A model generated the notes under the pieces. That model had not been told where the DNA came from and ran no database searches. It worked only from the letters and a program-made list of their open reading frames with translations. A stretch of DNA of 64,000 bases, from positions 92,194,001 through 92,258,000 of the forward strand of contig NC_043006.1 in the NCBI RefSeq assembly GCF_006345805.1. The letters are read 5' to 3'. This document shows positions 1 to 13,838 of this stretch, piece by piece (position 1 is the first letter of the stretch; each line of letters starts with the position of its first letter). Both the position numbers and the translations under genes were made by a program. The stretch is from Octopus sinensis. Its lineage: Eukaryota.

Positions 1-1008
1 ATCAAGTCTTATTGTCGTCATCTTGTTTTTGATGATCTAGTCACCAACGAACTGATTTCATTTTCAATAATCAATATTTATAGTTATGTGTTGACAAAAC
101 AAAGATTTGCACTTTCCTAAGAAACACTCGTTCAGATCAGTCATAACATCCATTAATACCGGAACAAGTATTAGTACCATAAAAGTGTGATCATATGTAT
201 GAGGGGAACTTATTTTGACCTACATATTTATATACATACGTACATACATACATGCACACCCCCCCCACACACACATATATATGTACATATATTTTTTAAT
301 AATATATCATTATTATTAATATCAGGAAATTAATATCCAAACTCATCATAAAGATATACCCGTGTGAAAGAACTTATTGTATTAAAAATATATATAAATA
401 AATATAAAATTATAAATATAATGTATAAAATAAATTTGATAGTTTAAAAGATTTGAATGAACTTTTTAAGCATCTTACGATCGTTTCGCAGAAGACTTGT
501 CCCTACAATGAAATCCTATATTGATAAGCATTTATAGACAACCTTTCTCCTCTTCAGAGATATAAAATATGAATATTGTATAATACATCGAAAGATAGTT
601 TTGTTTTTAAATTGAAGTAAAATTTTAAAATGGTGTTTGTTTGAAATGTAAAATAAAAATTGAGAATTACTACTATTGATGAGAGTCTTTAAACACCGTT
701 TTACAATTTTACTTCAAATCTAAAAAAAAACTATCATTCGATATATTATACAATATTTATATTTTATATCTCTGAAAAGCAGTAGGATTGTCTATAAATG
801 CTTATCAATATAGGATTTCATTATAGGGACAACTCTTCTGCAAAACGATCGTAAAATGCTTAAATAATTAATTCAAAACTTTTAAACTATCAAATTTATT
901 TTATATATTATATATATATTTTTGTATTTATATATATTTTTAATGCAATAAGTTCTTTCACACGGGTATATCTTTATGATGAGTTTGGATATTAATTTCC
1001 TGATAATC

Positions 1009-1225
1009 TTTTACTCTTTTACTCATTTAATAGTTTCAGTCATTTGACTGTGGCCATGCTGGAGCACCACCTTTAATCGAGCAACTCGACCCTGGGACTT
1101 ATTCTTTGTAAGACCAGTACTTATTCTATCGGTCTCTTTGCCGAACAGTTAAGTGACGGGGACGTAAACACACCAGCATCGGTTGTCAAGCAATGCTAGG
1201 GAGACAAACACAGACACACAAACAT

Positions 1226-1258
<33 letters not shown>

Positions 1259-1428
1259 CATATATACGACATGCTTCTTTCACTTTCCGTCTACCAAATC
1301 CACTCACAAGGTATTGGTCGGTCCGAGGCTATAGCAGAAGACACTTGCCCAAGATGCCACGCAATGGGACTGAACCCGGAACCATGTGGTTGGTAAGCAA
1401 GCTACTTACCACACAGCCACTCCTGCGC
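1009..1428 (-). mobile_element. tRNA-derived SINE, family A (head GCGCAGGAGTGGCTGTGTGGTAAG...), full length
   Basis: Reverse complement has A-box-like GGCTGTGTGGT and B-box-like GGTTCAGTCCC, an internal (TG)n/(TA)n, and a 3' tail CATGGCCACAGTCAAATGACTGAAAC followed by an A-rich tail ending in (AAAAGAGT)n. Near-identical copies at 11786-12190 and 20526-20927. Confidence 0.92.
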
Positions 1429-2602
1429 TGATATTAATATCACTCCCGCTGATATTAATAATAATAATATATTATTAAAAAATATATGTATATATCGCTC
1501 GTATTAACTATATAAACACTTTAATAGTATTAATATCTTTATACAATGGAGCGCTCAATATATATTCTGTATATATAAATGAGACATGGAGATAGATACA
1601 TACATAGAGAGAAAGAGAAAGATAGAGAGTATGAGAGCGACAGATATATCTATATATGTATACAGATAATTAAGGAAACAAATATAGATATACATACAAT
1701 GAATTATTTATGCATGTATGTGTGTATGTATCGTTGTGTATATATGTGTGTGCATGTGTTTGTATACTACTACATAAATATCAGTTTGTACATAGCTTTT
1801 TGTGTGTACACTTCGCAAAATTATTATATCAATATATAAACGCGCATGCACACACATTAATTGAAAGCTTTACAAGTGAGGCATGCATGCACGTTCATCA
1901 AAGCACACATGCACTGTTACACAGAGTGGTATATACGAACGAGTTTGGTATGCATTGAGAAATATTGATCTGTGCGAGGAAATATACTCGGGGCAAAAAA
2001 CCTTTCGAAACATGGGAAAATATTTCGACTGACGAGATCCTTCTCTAAAATTTATAGATTCAAAATGGAAAGCTAAAGAAGGGAAGAAATTGTAAGCTTT
2101 CTTACGCCGGTTAACGAAGTTTCGATGCCATGGTATTTTGGGAAATGTATACTTTAATGCTGTTAGGTAGAAATTGAACTCATTCTTTCGATCAATATAT
2201 CAGAAAGTCTTAAATAAATAAATCCCACGTCGCCGAATTATATGGCTTACAGTTTGCCTGTATTCTTTTTATGTCGAAATCTTTCGAGAATACGATAATA
2301 AATTCTTCAGTAATTGGTTCTCTCTTTTCACAAGAGATATATGTTATCATAAACCAATCTAAGTTCCAAGACATTTAATTATTCGTTTCAAACCTCCTGT
2401 AGGTCTTCGACATTCTCTGGGTATTCATAGTTCCTAAATTTGGTAAGTAGCCAGATATTTCTTCTTTAATGATTACTTCTTTCCTAATGCAATATTTGTA
2501 CATATCTGTGAAGTCTATTGTTCATATTCGTTCGCTCAGGAGATCTGTTTGTGCCGATGCTCCATATGTTACTAATATATTGATAAATCTATGAAAATGT
2601 GC

Positions 2603-3125
<523 letters not shown>

Positions 3126-3795
3126 TATACACATGCACACATATATAAGTGTGTGTGCGTGTAAATATATATGTGTTTGTGCGTGTGTATATACGTATGA
3201 GCATGTATGAGCATGTATCTTTTCATAGCAGGAGACATTTTGTAGATTGCTCCTATTTCTATGAATTAATGATTCATTTCCTAACTCCTCAGAGTTTCTC
3301 ACGCGATGACACTCCTTAGGCGCTACAAAAATTAACGGTTTATTGGAGTGTACCGAAAGCCATTACAAGAAATTACGTCACTCATCAGCGTCACCTGTTT
3401 CTGAGAATCTGCCTTCAATCTTCTAAGAATAGATTTCATTCATGGCATCTTTGTTGCCGGTAACTTCAGGAAAATCTCTGTCGTACACTATTTGACTTGG
3501 CTCTCTGAATTCATATTGTCACTTTATCAATACATGATTAAAGCTTTACTCGGCTTTTACTGAATGATATTCCGTAACCCTTCCCAATGGGTCCAGAAAT
3601 GTGACAGAACACGTCAAGAATATTGATATTTCTTATTTAATTTCACATCTGCATAAAGTAGCGATGCAAAAGGTTTTAAAGCCATACCGAAGCTAATAAT
3701 AAAACGTTGCTTAGTGTAATTTATAGCACTTCAATAAACCTTGGATTTCAGTAAAATAATTCATTAGAATAATCTTACAATATTATGTAATTCAA

Positions 3796-4298
3796 AGGCG
3801 ACGTGCCGGCAGAATCTTTAGCACGCCGGACGAAATGCGTAGCCATATTTCGTTACGTTCTTTCAGCAATTTTGTCTCATGCTTTGTTTCTCCAATTTAT
3901 TTCGGTTCTTTCCTTAATCTCCTCTATCATTGTTTCGTTTGTCTTATAGTTTTCGAAACATTTCGTTACGTTCTGAGTTCAAATTCCGCCGAGGTCGACT
4001 TTGCATTTCATCCTATCGGGGTCGATAAATTAAGTACCAGTTAGGCACTGGGGTCGATATTATCGACTTAATCCGTTTGTATGTCCTTATTTGTCCTCTC
4101 TGTGTTTAGCCCCTTGTGGGTAGTAAAGAAATAGGTATTTCGACTATCATTACGTTCTGTGTTCACATCCCGCCGAGTTTGAATTTGCTTTTCATCCTTT
4201 CGGAGGTTGATAAATTAAGTACTTGTTGCCTACTGAGGTCGATATAATCGACTGGCTCCCTCCCCAAAATGTTGGCCCATGTGCCTTGAGTAGAAAAG
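3796..4298 (+). mobile_element. tRNA-derived SINE family B, dimeric copy (head + body + tail 1 + body + tail 2)
   Basis: Head AGGCGACGTGCCGGCAGAATCTTTAGCACGCCGG; body ...GAGTTCAAATTCCGCCGAGGTCGACTTTG... present twice. Flanked by a 17-bp direct repeat AATATTATGTAATTCAA (3779-3795, 4299-4315). Confidence 0.9.
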
Positions 4299-4317
4299 AA
4301 TATTATGTAATTCAATA

Positions 4318-4505
4318 TGGCGGCAAGCTGGTAGAGTCGTTCCTGCGCCGGACATAACTCTTAGCGTTATTTCATCCAGCTTTACGGTCTGAGTTCAAAT
4401 TTCACCGAGGTCGATTTTTGTTCCTCATACATGCGGTGTCGATTAAATAAGTACCACTTGTGTACTGGATTTAATGTAATCGAATTACCCCCTTCAACAA
4501 AATTT
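4318..4505 (+). mobile_element. SINE family B, diverged copy
   Basis: GGCGGCAAGCTGGTAGAGTCG... GAGTTCAAATTTCACCGAGGTCG..., directly after the TSD of the previous copy. Confidence 0.85.
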
Positions 4506-5384
4506 TAAAAGCAAAATTATATAATTTCGTCTCGGAATTTCTATATTCTGCAATATATATATTTCTATATTCTAAAGAATATGAGTATGAAGCTTTGTGT
4601 ATATTAAACACACTGCTAAACAGATTCATCATTATTCCGTTAGGATTATATCAGGATGACGGTTGGATGTTCTACAATATATGAATAGTCACCACGTTCG
4701 TTTATTACAGGTTTAGCAAATCTTCAAGGTTGGATTAATTTTGTCGTCTTAAAGAAATATTTTATATCTAGAAAGGCAGTTTTCACAATATGATGCATTC
4801 GGTATCACCATTAGAAAGCATCAAATTTTGTGATGAATTGTAAGCTTCTACTTGTAACTGTTGAATGTGTCGTACAAGTATGTTTTCTTGTGTGATGGCT
4901 GAATCTGTTTCCAATTTCAAAGAAACTAGCTTAACTCGTTCAAATTGAACATTCTCAATGTCATTCTTCGTGGAATAGTTATGCCAGTGATGTACACGTG
5001 ACATCAGTATGAATGAGTAGTTGAGAACGAATGGAAATGGGAAGAAAGAGATAGAGAGATAGAGATAAGGGACAGAGAGTGATAGAGAGAATGGAGAGAG
5101 AATGACAGAGAGAGTTACACAACACAGAAGTATTTTCTGTGCAGAACTTGTCAGTCAATGATGCAAACAGGAAAACTGAGTGTGATACTGGCGAAAGTTG
5201 GGCTACAACAAAGTTGAGAGTACCATGAGATGGAAAATGTCTACCTCAAAATAAAAAGAAAAGCTTCTGTAACATTGCGTAATAATTTTCATGATGCAAT
5301 ACGCAGTTGTCAGTTTTGATAATGTCGAGTTACTCACCTTAAATACTATATATACATATACGTATGTAAATGTACGTGTGTATA

Positions 5385-5389
5385 TATAC

Positions 5390-5470
<81 letters not shown>

Positions 5471-5519
5471 TACATATATACATATATATATTATATATAT
5501 GTATATATATATATATATA

Positions 5520-5603
<84 letters not shown>
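5385..5603. repeat. (TA)n microsatellite, ~220 bp
   Basis: Read directly. Confidence 0.97.
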
Positions 5604-5606
<3 letters not shown>

Positions 5607-5989
5607 CTTTCTGATTGCTCCCCAGTCCACTTTGTGTAAGTTTATGTCTTCAAGTGCAGTGGGGTAGAATTGACCGGTTTGGTTTTGATATACCAGAAAT
5701 TAAAGTTGGTGAGTATCATGTCGGGTTCCGAGAAGAGAGTCTTTTCAATTGAAATGCTGCGAATGGAGCTAGGGTAGTTTGCTAATGGTAGATCCAAGAC
5801 TGTTTTATTCTGTCTAGTTTCGAGTACAAGCTGTGAGAGGAAAAATTCATCCATATGATTAAAGATTAATTCTGTTGTTGCTTTGTCTGGTATAGTACAG
5901 TTGCCTAACTTCAGAGTATTTGTGGGACAGGTTATATAAGGCAGGTTAAAATCACTCATCACCAGTATGTTTTGATCGAAATTTCCCAC
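5604..5989 (-). mobile_element. CR1-group LINE fragment (APE endonuclease C-terminal part)
   Basis: Translation NILVMSDFNLPYI...FLSQLVLETRQNKTVLDL...HKVDWGAIR matches the degenerate GDFN / PTR..LDL / K.DW motifs of CR1-group endonucleases. Confidence 0.7.
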
Positions 5990-5991
5990 TT

Positions 5992-6152
5992 TTTTCTCAC
6001 GATCCTTTTTTATCGGAATTCGCCCCCCATATTTTCCCTTCTCTTCTTTCCAAAAAGAAAAGCTCTACTTTGTATTTTATCCCTTCTGTGTTTAGCCCTG
6101 CGTGGCCAATAAAGAAATCTATCTATCTATCTATATATATATCTATCTATCT
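5992..6152 (+). mobile_element. Tx1-like LINE 3' UTR fragment with TATC tail
   Basis: GATCCTTTTT...CCAAAAAGAAAAGCTCTAC...CTGTGTTTAGCCCTGCGTGGCCAATAAAGAAA then TCTA repeats. Matches the 3' ends at 19345-19465 and 21118-21207. Confidence 0.8.
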
Positions 6153-8276
6153 GTCGATCTATCATAGATAGCATCATAGTCTCATCGTTCTTATATTTAT
6201 GTCTCTCTTTCCTCTTGTCTTTTCTCATTTCCTTGTTTACCTCTAACACACAAAACATGCTTCTCCCCCCTCTCTCTCTCTTCTTTATAGTTTCTTTCTC
6301 GTTGATGATGTATCTTCACCACTCATTTCTCTTTCTTCTCTCTCTTTCACCAATTTTGTCTCATGCTTTGTTTCTCCAACTTATTTCGGTTCTTTTCCTC
6401 ATCTCCTCTATCACTGTTTCGTCTGTCTTATAGTTTTCGAAACATGTGACATCTATTCTTCGTTTAATATTTTATACTCTCAACTTCTCTCTATGTCTAT
6501 CATCCAATTTCTTTCTTTCTTATCTTTCTCCAGTAACGCCCACATTCGATCGATTCACACTACTTTCACTTGTTACCAAGTGACTAGCTCTCCAGTATTA
6601 ACGTTATAACTATCTCACTAATACGTCGCCATTCATTGTGAATCACATTTGATATCAGTCCAGTTCAGTAACTTCATCATTGCATACATATTGCACTCAT
6701 TCAGTGAATAATGATTCCTTAATAAGCTATGAAAAAAAATGTGATTAGATAGACTGTATTCAATATGAGATATTAGTCCAATATTTGTCCAGTGGCTCAG
6801 TCATTGTTATTTACAATTATTAGCAGCTATAACAATTTCCTAATTAAGTATAAAATCTGAGCGAATTAGATTTCAGTGTTTTCCTTTGTAATGAGAGCGA
6901 TCCTAGCTCTCGATACTATTAACGTATCCAATTAGATCGAACCTTCACTGCACAACTGTATTGGCCGTAGTGTGTTCTGTGCTTTGTTTTGGCACATATC
7001 AGTAATTGGGTAGAGAATCACGAATATAGGGTTATTTCTTGTATTTTATCCTGAAATAATTAAAACAGGTAAGATATTATCAACTTTCTTACTATTTGGA
7101 TTTGAAGTCACACCAAATCAAATTATTTAGACTGTCTGTCAAGGTAAAGTGACTTTTACATAAACCGATTCTAAATTTAAGATAATTCATTTAACTTACC
7201 TCCTTTCTATTTTCAATCGATTTCAGTTGACGTGAAATGAATAAAATCAGACAATATATTTACTTTCAAGATACAACATAATATTAAATTTTCGGCTGAA
7301 ATCGAAAATTACAATTTAAGATGTGACAAATTCTAATTCATCAATTTTTAAGAGATACACATTCGCTATCTGTTGGAGTACGCAAGTGCAAAAGAAAAGC
7401 CATACAAGTTGTTCTGGATTTACTTACAAAGTCTTGAACAGCACCAGCAACTGAATTCCGTATTAAATACATACTGAAGCATTCATAATTTCCAGATACT
7501 GTTTTCAGCACCATAGTTTGGTAACTTATTACAAGTACAGTATACTTGATTTGTCGAAGACTGACCGACATTGATGTTGCATAAATGATTTCATTTTTAT
7601 TCCCTTTAATTGAAATTGTATTCTTCCTTGTGTTCTCAGACGAGTTCTATTCTTGTCTTTCTATCTCAGTCGTTTATAGAAATAGCAGTAGCTCATTAGC
7701 TCTAGCCAAAATAATTACCTTTAATTCCTAGCAAATATTTCTAGATTATTGACCATATATATTGAATTCTTCCCGATTTCGCTCGATTCGTATTGCTGCT
7801 AAACAGACGATTTGGGATTTTGCTTTTCTCCGCATGTCATTTGGTGAAAATCGAAAATATTTTGCATTTAAATTAGAGAGGTATCTTTATTTCCTATTTC
7901 CCTCAAGCAAGTATAACCCTCAGAAAATTGCTACAAAACCGAAATAAAAGTAATTATCATTGTTCCTTGTTCCTGCTCATTCCTCATATAACAAGTTCCA
8001 TATATATTTAAATTACACATTCTCTTCCAATGCTACTTTGCTCGGTGTCGTCGAAGATAGCATTTTTTAAAGGCCATCATGCGTTACATACGGCTATTTC
8101 TTCTAGGCCATGTGGCCAGAAACAGACTGGCATTTTGTTGGTTCACAGGAATAAATATAGTTCGAAGCGGTTTCCAAACTTCTCATGATTAATGAACACA
8201 AGCCAAGATACCTGTATGTATAAAAAAGTATATTTATGTCTTAAAAAGAAGTTATTTTGATGCAATTGTATTCTTG

Positions 8277-8323
<47 letters not shown>

Positions 8324-8954
8324 TGGGGGGTTACATATATTTATATATTTAAGCATATATTAATATATTCATACACATATAAATTCATTGTTTACGCACA
8401 TACATATATTTCCTGACAAAGTGACAAAGAGAGGAAGGGAACGAGTAAATGAATGAATGTAGAAGACTGTTAGGTCTGTCGCATATTGTCCTTCTAAAAT
8501 TTATTTCAATATGTTTCTTCTGATATACGCATAAAAAAGAAATTATATAAAATATATTCCTTTTCTTCAGTGAAAAGATGGCAATAACATACTTGTTGAA
8601 TTGTAAGAATTGCGTTGAAATATTCCTAAGAGTATATTGCAAACACTAGTTTACATTATCGAGAAACGTGGAGCCAATATTTCCATGAGGACATTTTAAA
8701 TTTTCTATGGATTCTAATCAAATAGTGTGATGGGGTACTTTCAATCAAACATTTAAGCGTCATGCCTATACCAGCTAAAAATACTCTACAAAGTCCGTCA
8801 AATATATTCTGCTAAAAGAAAGAACACAGATGTTGAATAATAACAGCAAGAAACAAAAACAGCAAATTCTTACCAGCGCGAAGTAAAGCCTTTTGAAGCC
8901 TCCGTCGTTTTTTCTTCACCTCTTCTACATCTGCATAGCATCAGCTTTTGTGAC

Positions 8955-9622
8955 CACTAATGGATGACCTTCGAAAATGGTCTGGATCAACTTTCAACTG
9001 TTCTTTCAGTTTACGACACGCTTTCCTACCCGACACGCTTTTGAACTTCCGTGAGCAAGCGAGGCATGAATTTTGCTGCAACTCTTTTCATTCCCAATTC
9101 CTCACTCAGAATTCGTGGGCGGGAGCTCCAGAACACACCGGTCATATCGATATGTTCCTCTATTGTTCGGTGACATTCCTCCACGATCAGTTTAGGAATT
9201 TTCATGGTGTTTTCATTCGTGCCTGAAGTCGACGGTTGTCCCGAACGAGGTTGTTCAAGCGACATGTGACCATTCCTAAATCGTGAAAACCACTCGTAAA
9301 CCTGTGTTTTGCTTATGGCAGCGTCCTTGCAAGCTCATTCATGCGTGACAACTGTTTCGGCCGCCGGGTTCCCCAGCAGAAAACAGAATTTCACGGAAGA
9401 ACGCTGCTCGTTCGTTTCAACCACTGCAAAAGTTGACGAACACGGAAAAAGTACAGCAAAAGAAAGACGCACCCCATGGCAATAATGCCCCACACAACAC
9501 TGCCGGTCGGCAGACTGATGCCTGAGGATAGAATCAAGTGACTGCTAGCAACAGAGGCCTTCACTACATCAGATTTGTTCCGCAGAGAAAGTTTCCACTT
9601 ACAGTTAGACACTTCCTCTTAC
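8955..9622 (-). pseudogene. mariner (Tc1/mariner) transposase relic, N-terminal DNA-binding region
   Basis: Minus-strand translation EQRSSVKFCFLLG..AAETV...SKTQVYEWFSRFRNGHMSLE..PRSGQPSTS...ILSEELGMKRVAAKFMPRLLT (WVPRxL-type motif). Contains stops/frameshifts; catalytic domain absent. Confidence 0.88.
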
Positions 9623-9624
9623 AT

Positions 9625-9831
9625 ATAAAAATATAAATATACTTTTCTATATTTAAGAAATGTGGAATTATGTACATTATTTACATTATCTACATTATTG
9701 GCATTCGACAGATATTTGTCCTCATCATGTTTGTTGTTAACCCAACGTTTCGGCTGATATACCCTCCAGCCTTCATCAGGTGTCTTGGGGAAATTTCGAA
9801 CCTGGGTTCTCATTCCTAAGATATTTTTCGA

Positions 9832-9898
<67 letters not shown>
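9625..9898 (-). mobile_element. Penelope-type terminal-repeat fragment carrying a hammerhead motif, abutting (TTA)n
   Basis: Contains CTGATGAAGGCTG...CAGCCGAAACGTT, the signature of PLE pseudo-LTRs. (TTA)n at 9835-9898. Confidence 0.6.
9739..9784 (-). ncRNA. Minimal type I hammerhead ribozyme motif (canonical CUGAUGA core)
   Basis: GACAC CTGATGA A GGCTG-GAGGGTATAT-CAGCC GAAA CG TT GGGTT: 5-bp stem II, palindromic AACGTT stem III, stem I with one mismatch. Confidence 0.65.
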
Positions 9899-9899
9899 T

Positions 9900-10066
9900 G
9901 ACAGCGTTGGTGTCTTTACGTCACCGTAATTTAGCAAAAGGAACCAATGGAGTACAAGACTTTAAAAGATGAGTAAAGCGTCGATTTATTCGACTAAACG
10001 TTCGTTAAGGAGCGAATGGCCGCAGAATGGCCGTAGGGAAATGACTGAAACAAGTGATTAGAAGAT
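9900..10066 (+). mobile_element. SINE family A, diverged 3' half
   Basis: GTTGGTGTCTTTACGTCACCG...GAATGGCCG...AAATGACTGAAACAAGT. Confidence 0.65.
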
Positions 10067-10080
10067 ATTATATACATATA

Positions 10081-10308
10081 GAGTTGGCCGAAAGTCTCCT
10101 GACAGTGTAGATCAAAACCTCATTTAATTCCAGGGTTAAAACAATAAATTATTTTATAAGAGGTCTGCACAAACGTTGAAAAAAGAAACAGTAAATTTTA
10201 CTCACTGAATTCAATCATTAAACATTCATAATTGGAATTAATAAATAAAATTGAATATTAAGTATCTACGGAACTTTGATTTACTGTCAGGTGACTTTTG
10301 GTCAACAC
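10081..10308. mobile_element. Tc1/mariner-type MITE
   Basis: 26-bp imperfect TIRs (22/26): GAGTTGGCCGAAAGTCTCCTGACAGT / ACTGTCAGGTGACTTTTGGTCAACAC, flanked by TA on both sides. Confidence 0.75.
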
Positions 10309-10352
10309 TATATATATATATACATATATATATATATACATATATATGTATA

Positions 10353-10390
<38 letters not shown>

Positions 10391-10436
10391 CATATATATA
10401 TGTATATATATATATGTATATATATATGTATATATA

Positions 10437-10492
<56 letters not shown>

Positions 10493-11429
10493 ATTAATTA
10501 TATTATATTATATATGTTTTATATACATACGTATACACACACATATATATGTATATTTATATATGTACGTATGTATATAAAACATTTATATATCCGTGTG
10601 TGTGAGTGTGTGTGTACGTGTGTAATATGTACAAATATGCATATAAATAATTTACTCTTTCGCATATACCTTTACAGAGATCCTTAATAATCACGAGTGC
10701 TTGTATCTGTCTGTGCGTGTGAAGAGACATATAATTTGAAAGTATTTATATACGTTGTGTATGACTTTCAATTTCCAACATTGCATGTAAGTGATAATAT
10801 CAAACTACCTAATAATATTAATAATATCTGGTGTTAAAACGAGGGTGAAGAAACTAATTTAATTTGACTTGATAGACGCTTTTATCACACGCAATTATTA
10901 TTTAAGTACTGATAAATGTAAATAGCCATAAATTTAATGCGAACCTTCAGTGGTTGAAAAATATTAAGACATATCAATAAATTTGTGAAATACAGTTATG
11001 TGGAAATAAGTTTTTAAAAAATCGAACATTTTGATTAAGACTTAGATAAAATATATTCAACAATGCGTTTGGCTTTTTCAAGAAATTTTAATTCAATACA
11101 GCACTAAAATTAATTAGACTAAAACAAGACGACATAATTTATTTTGTCTTTTAATAAAATTCATGAGAAAATTAGTTTTGTTCTTCTTAAACAGATACAC
11201 ACGCACGTACACATACACATACACACACACATAAATGTTTGTATGCATGTATATATGTATATTTAAATATATATCTATCTATATGTATAAATTTGTGAAT
11301 ACATAAATGTTTGCACGTAGACATATATATATATATATGTATGTATATATATGTACATACATATATATATATATATATGTATGGCAAATATGCGTCACGA
11401 TGTATACATATATATATACATATGTATAT

Positions 11430-11766
11430 GTTAGGAGCACTCCGTCGGTTACGACGATGAGGGTCCCACCTGATACGATCAACGGAACAGCTTGCTCGTG
11501 GAATTAATGTGCAAGTGGCTGAGCATTCCACAGACACGTGTACCCTTAACGTAGGTCTCGAGGAGATTCAGCATGACACAGAGTGTGACAAGGCTGGCCC
11601 TTTGAAATACAGGTACAACAGAAACAGGAAGAAAGAGTGAGAGAGCCTTGTGAAGCTTTAGGTGTTTTCACTCAATAAACACTCACAATGCCCGGTCTGA
11701 GAATCGAAACCGCGATCCTACGACCGCGAGTCCGCTGCCCTAACCACTGGGCCACTGCGCCTCCAC
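11430..11766 (-). mobile_element. tRNA(Arg)-like SINE family C
   Basis: Head GTGGAGGCGCAGTGGCCCAGTGGTTAGGGCAGCGGACTCGCGG...GGTTTCGATTC; body GTGTCTGTGGAATGCTCAGCCACTTGCAC. Homologous to 24729-25070. Confidence 0.88.
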
Positions 11767-11785
11767 ATGTATATGTACGTATATA

Positions 11786-12190
11786 TACTCTTTTACTCTT
11801 TTACTTGTTTCAGTCATTTGACTGCGGCCATGCTTGAGCACCACCTTTAGTCGAGCAAATCGACCCCGGGACTTATTCTTTGTAAGCCCAGTACTTATAC
11901 TATCGGTCTAATGCCGAACCGCTAGGTGACGAGACGTAAATACACCAGCATCGGTTGTCAAGCAATGCTAGGGGAACAAACAGAGACACGCAAACACACA
12001 CACACACACATATATATATACATATATACGACAGGCTTCTTTCAGTTTCCGTCTACCAAATCCACTCACAAGGCATTGGTCGGCCCGGGGCTATAGCAGA
12101 AGACACTTGCCCAAGATGCCACGCAGCGGGACTGAACCCGGAACCATGTGGCTGGTTAGCAAGCTACTTACCACACAGCCACCCCTGCGC
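11786..12190 (-). mobile_element. SINE family A, full length
   Basis: Aligns end to end with 1009-1428. Confidence 0.93.
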
Positions 12191-12194
12191 CTAT

Positions 12195-12272
12195 ATATAT
12201 ATCATATTAAGAAAATATATATCATGTTAAGAAAAATATATCATGTTAAGAAATATATCATGTTAAGAAAAT
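12195..12272. repeat. Minisatellite, ~19-20 bp unit TATATCATGTTAAGAAAA x4
   Basis: Read directly. Confidence 0.85.
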
Positions 12273-12955
12273 AGGAGATGGAATGTGTAATAGATTAATT
12301 GGGTAAAACACATGTTTCGACTCATTCTGGGTCTCTTCGGGTTGATCAATAAGAAGTCTCACTAAAGATTTCTTGAGTCGGCTTACGTATCGCTATGTGT
12401 CCGTCAAATTCGAGAATGAGTAAAAAGAGAAAAATTATTGAAACGCAAAATATTCAAATACGAACGTGGAGAGCATACATTCTAGTTTTGAGAAAATGAC
12501 GTAATGAGCTTTCGCTGTTGTAACTTTTAACAGAAAGAAAAGGAAGATAAGATATATATACACTAAATACATATCTTTCTATATGTGTGTGCGTCATATG
12601 CACATAGCTATCGTCATTATACAAGATTGCGATTGTATCTTTGTATGGGTATGCATTCAGAATATATACAACATATGCGATATGAAGCTAGCATTTTCAG
12701 AATATTGTAACTATTTCACATTTCTTCTAATGACTATACGTATACAATATTATAACTTTTACAAGTCAATCTTAGAGTGAAGTGGGAAGCTTGTACAAAA
12801 AAATATTGCTTGAAATGGAAACGGATAAATCTAACATCTTAGATCTGGATATAATCTTCATATCATTATTGCCCATCTGTCAAAGCACTTTTGGCTCGTT
12901 TCGTATCACCTGTTCCCCTTTCTTTCTCTGCATATCTGTCTTGTCTCTTTTACTA

Positions 12956-12956
<1 letters not shown>

Positions 12957-13052
<96 letters not shown>

Positions 13053-13101
13053 CATCTATCTATCCATCTATCTATCTATCTATCCATCTATCTGTCTATC
13101 C

Positions 13102-13150
<49 letters not shown>

Positions 13151-13165
13151 CTATCTATCTATCTA

Positions 13166-13214
<49 letters not shown>

Positions 13215-13302
13215 CATCTATCTATCTATCCATCTATCTATCTATCTCTCTATCTATCTATCTATCTATCTATCTCTATCTATCTATCTATCTATCTATC
13301 TA

Positions 13303-13351
<49 letters not shown>

Positions 13352-13421
13352 CCTATCTATCTATCTATCTATCCATCTATCTATCCATCTATCTATCTAT
13401 CTATCCATCTATCTATCTATC

Positions 13422-13471
<50 letters not shown>

Positions 13472-13552
13472 ATCTATCTATCTATCTATCCATCTATCTA
13501 TCTATCTATCCATCTATCTATCTATCCATCTATCTATCTATCTCTCTATCTC

Positions 13553-13607
<55 letters not shown>

Positions 13608-13637
13608 GTCTATCTGTCTATCTATCTATCTATCTAT
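12957..13637. repeat. (TATC)n / (GATA)n array, ~680 bp, with variant units
   Basis: Read directly. Explains the IYLS ORFs 12782..13672 and 12891..13640. Confidence 0.97.
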
Positions 13638-13838
13638 TGACGGATATGATGTCAGTTCAGCTCCGAAGGTAATTGTATATTTTGACTATTTATAGCCCAA
13701 TTTTTGCGTAAATTTTGGCAAATAAGGTGTGTAAGGCAAACAAACTTTCGTTTGAGTGCTTTTCCAAGGGAGGAATTCGCCCCTAGGGGCAGTTTCGACC
13801 CCATTTCATTTCTGTAATTTTATTCCCGACATTAGAAA

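Noticed and set aside
1183-1431. Recurrent 'MSSNAR...PNPLTR' ORFs (also 11955, 20496)
   Set aside because: Incidental frames within SINE family A; not conserved as coding.
4783-5004. 73-aa minus-strand ORF MSRVHHWHNY...
   Set aside because: No recognisable motif or convincing splice sites.
12305-12345. Hammerhead-like CCGAAGA-GACCC..GAGTC-GAAA-CATGTG on minus strand
   Set aside because: U4 substituted, stem II mismatched, GUG at the cleavage site and no stem I; at most a dead relic.
12782-13672. 296-aa and 249-aa ORFs (IYLS repeats)
   Set aside because: Translations of the (TATC)n array, which has no stop codon in these frames.
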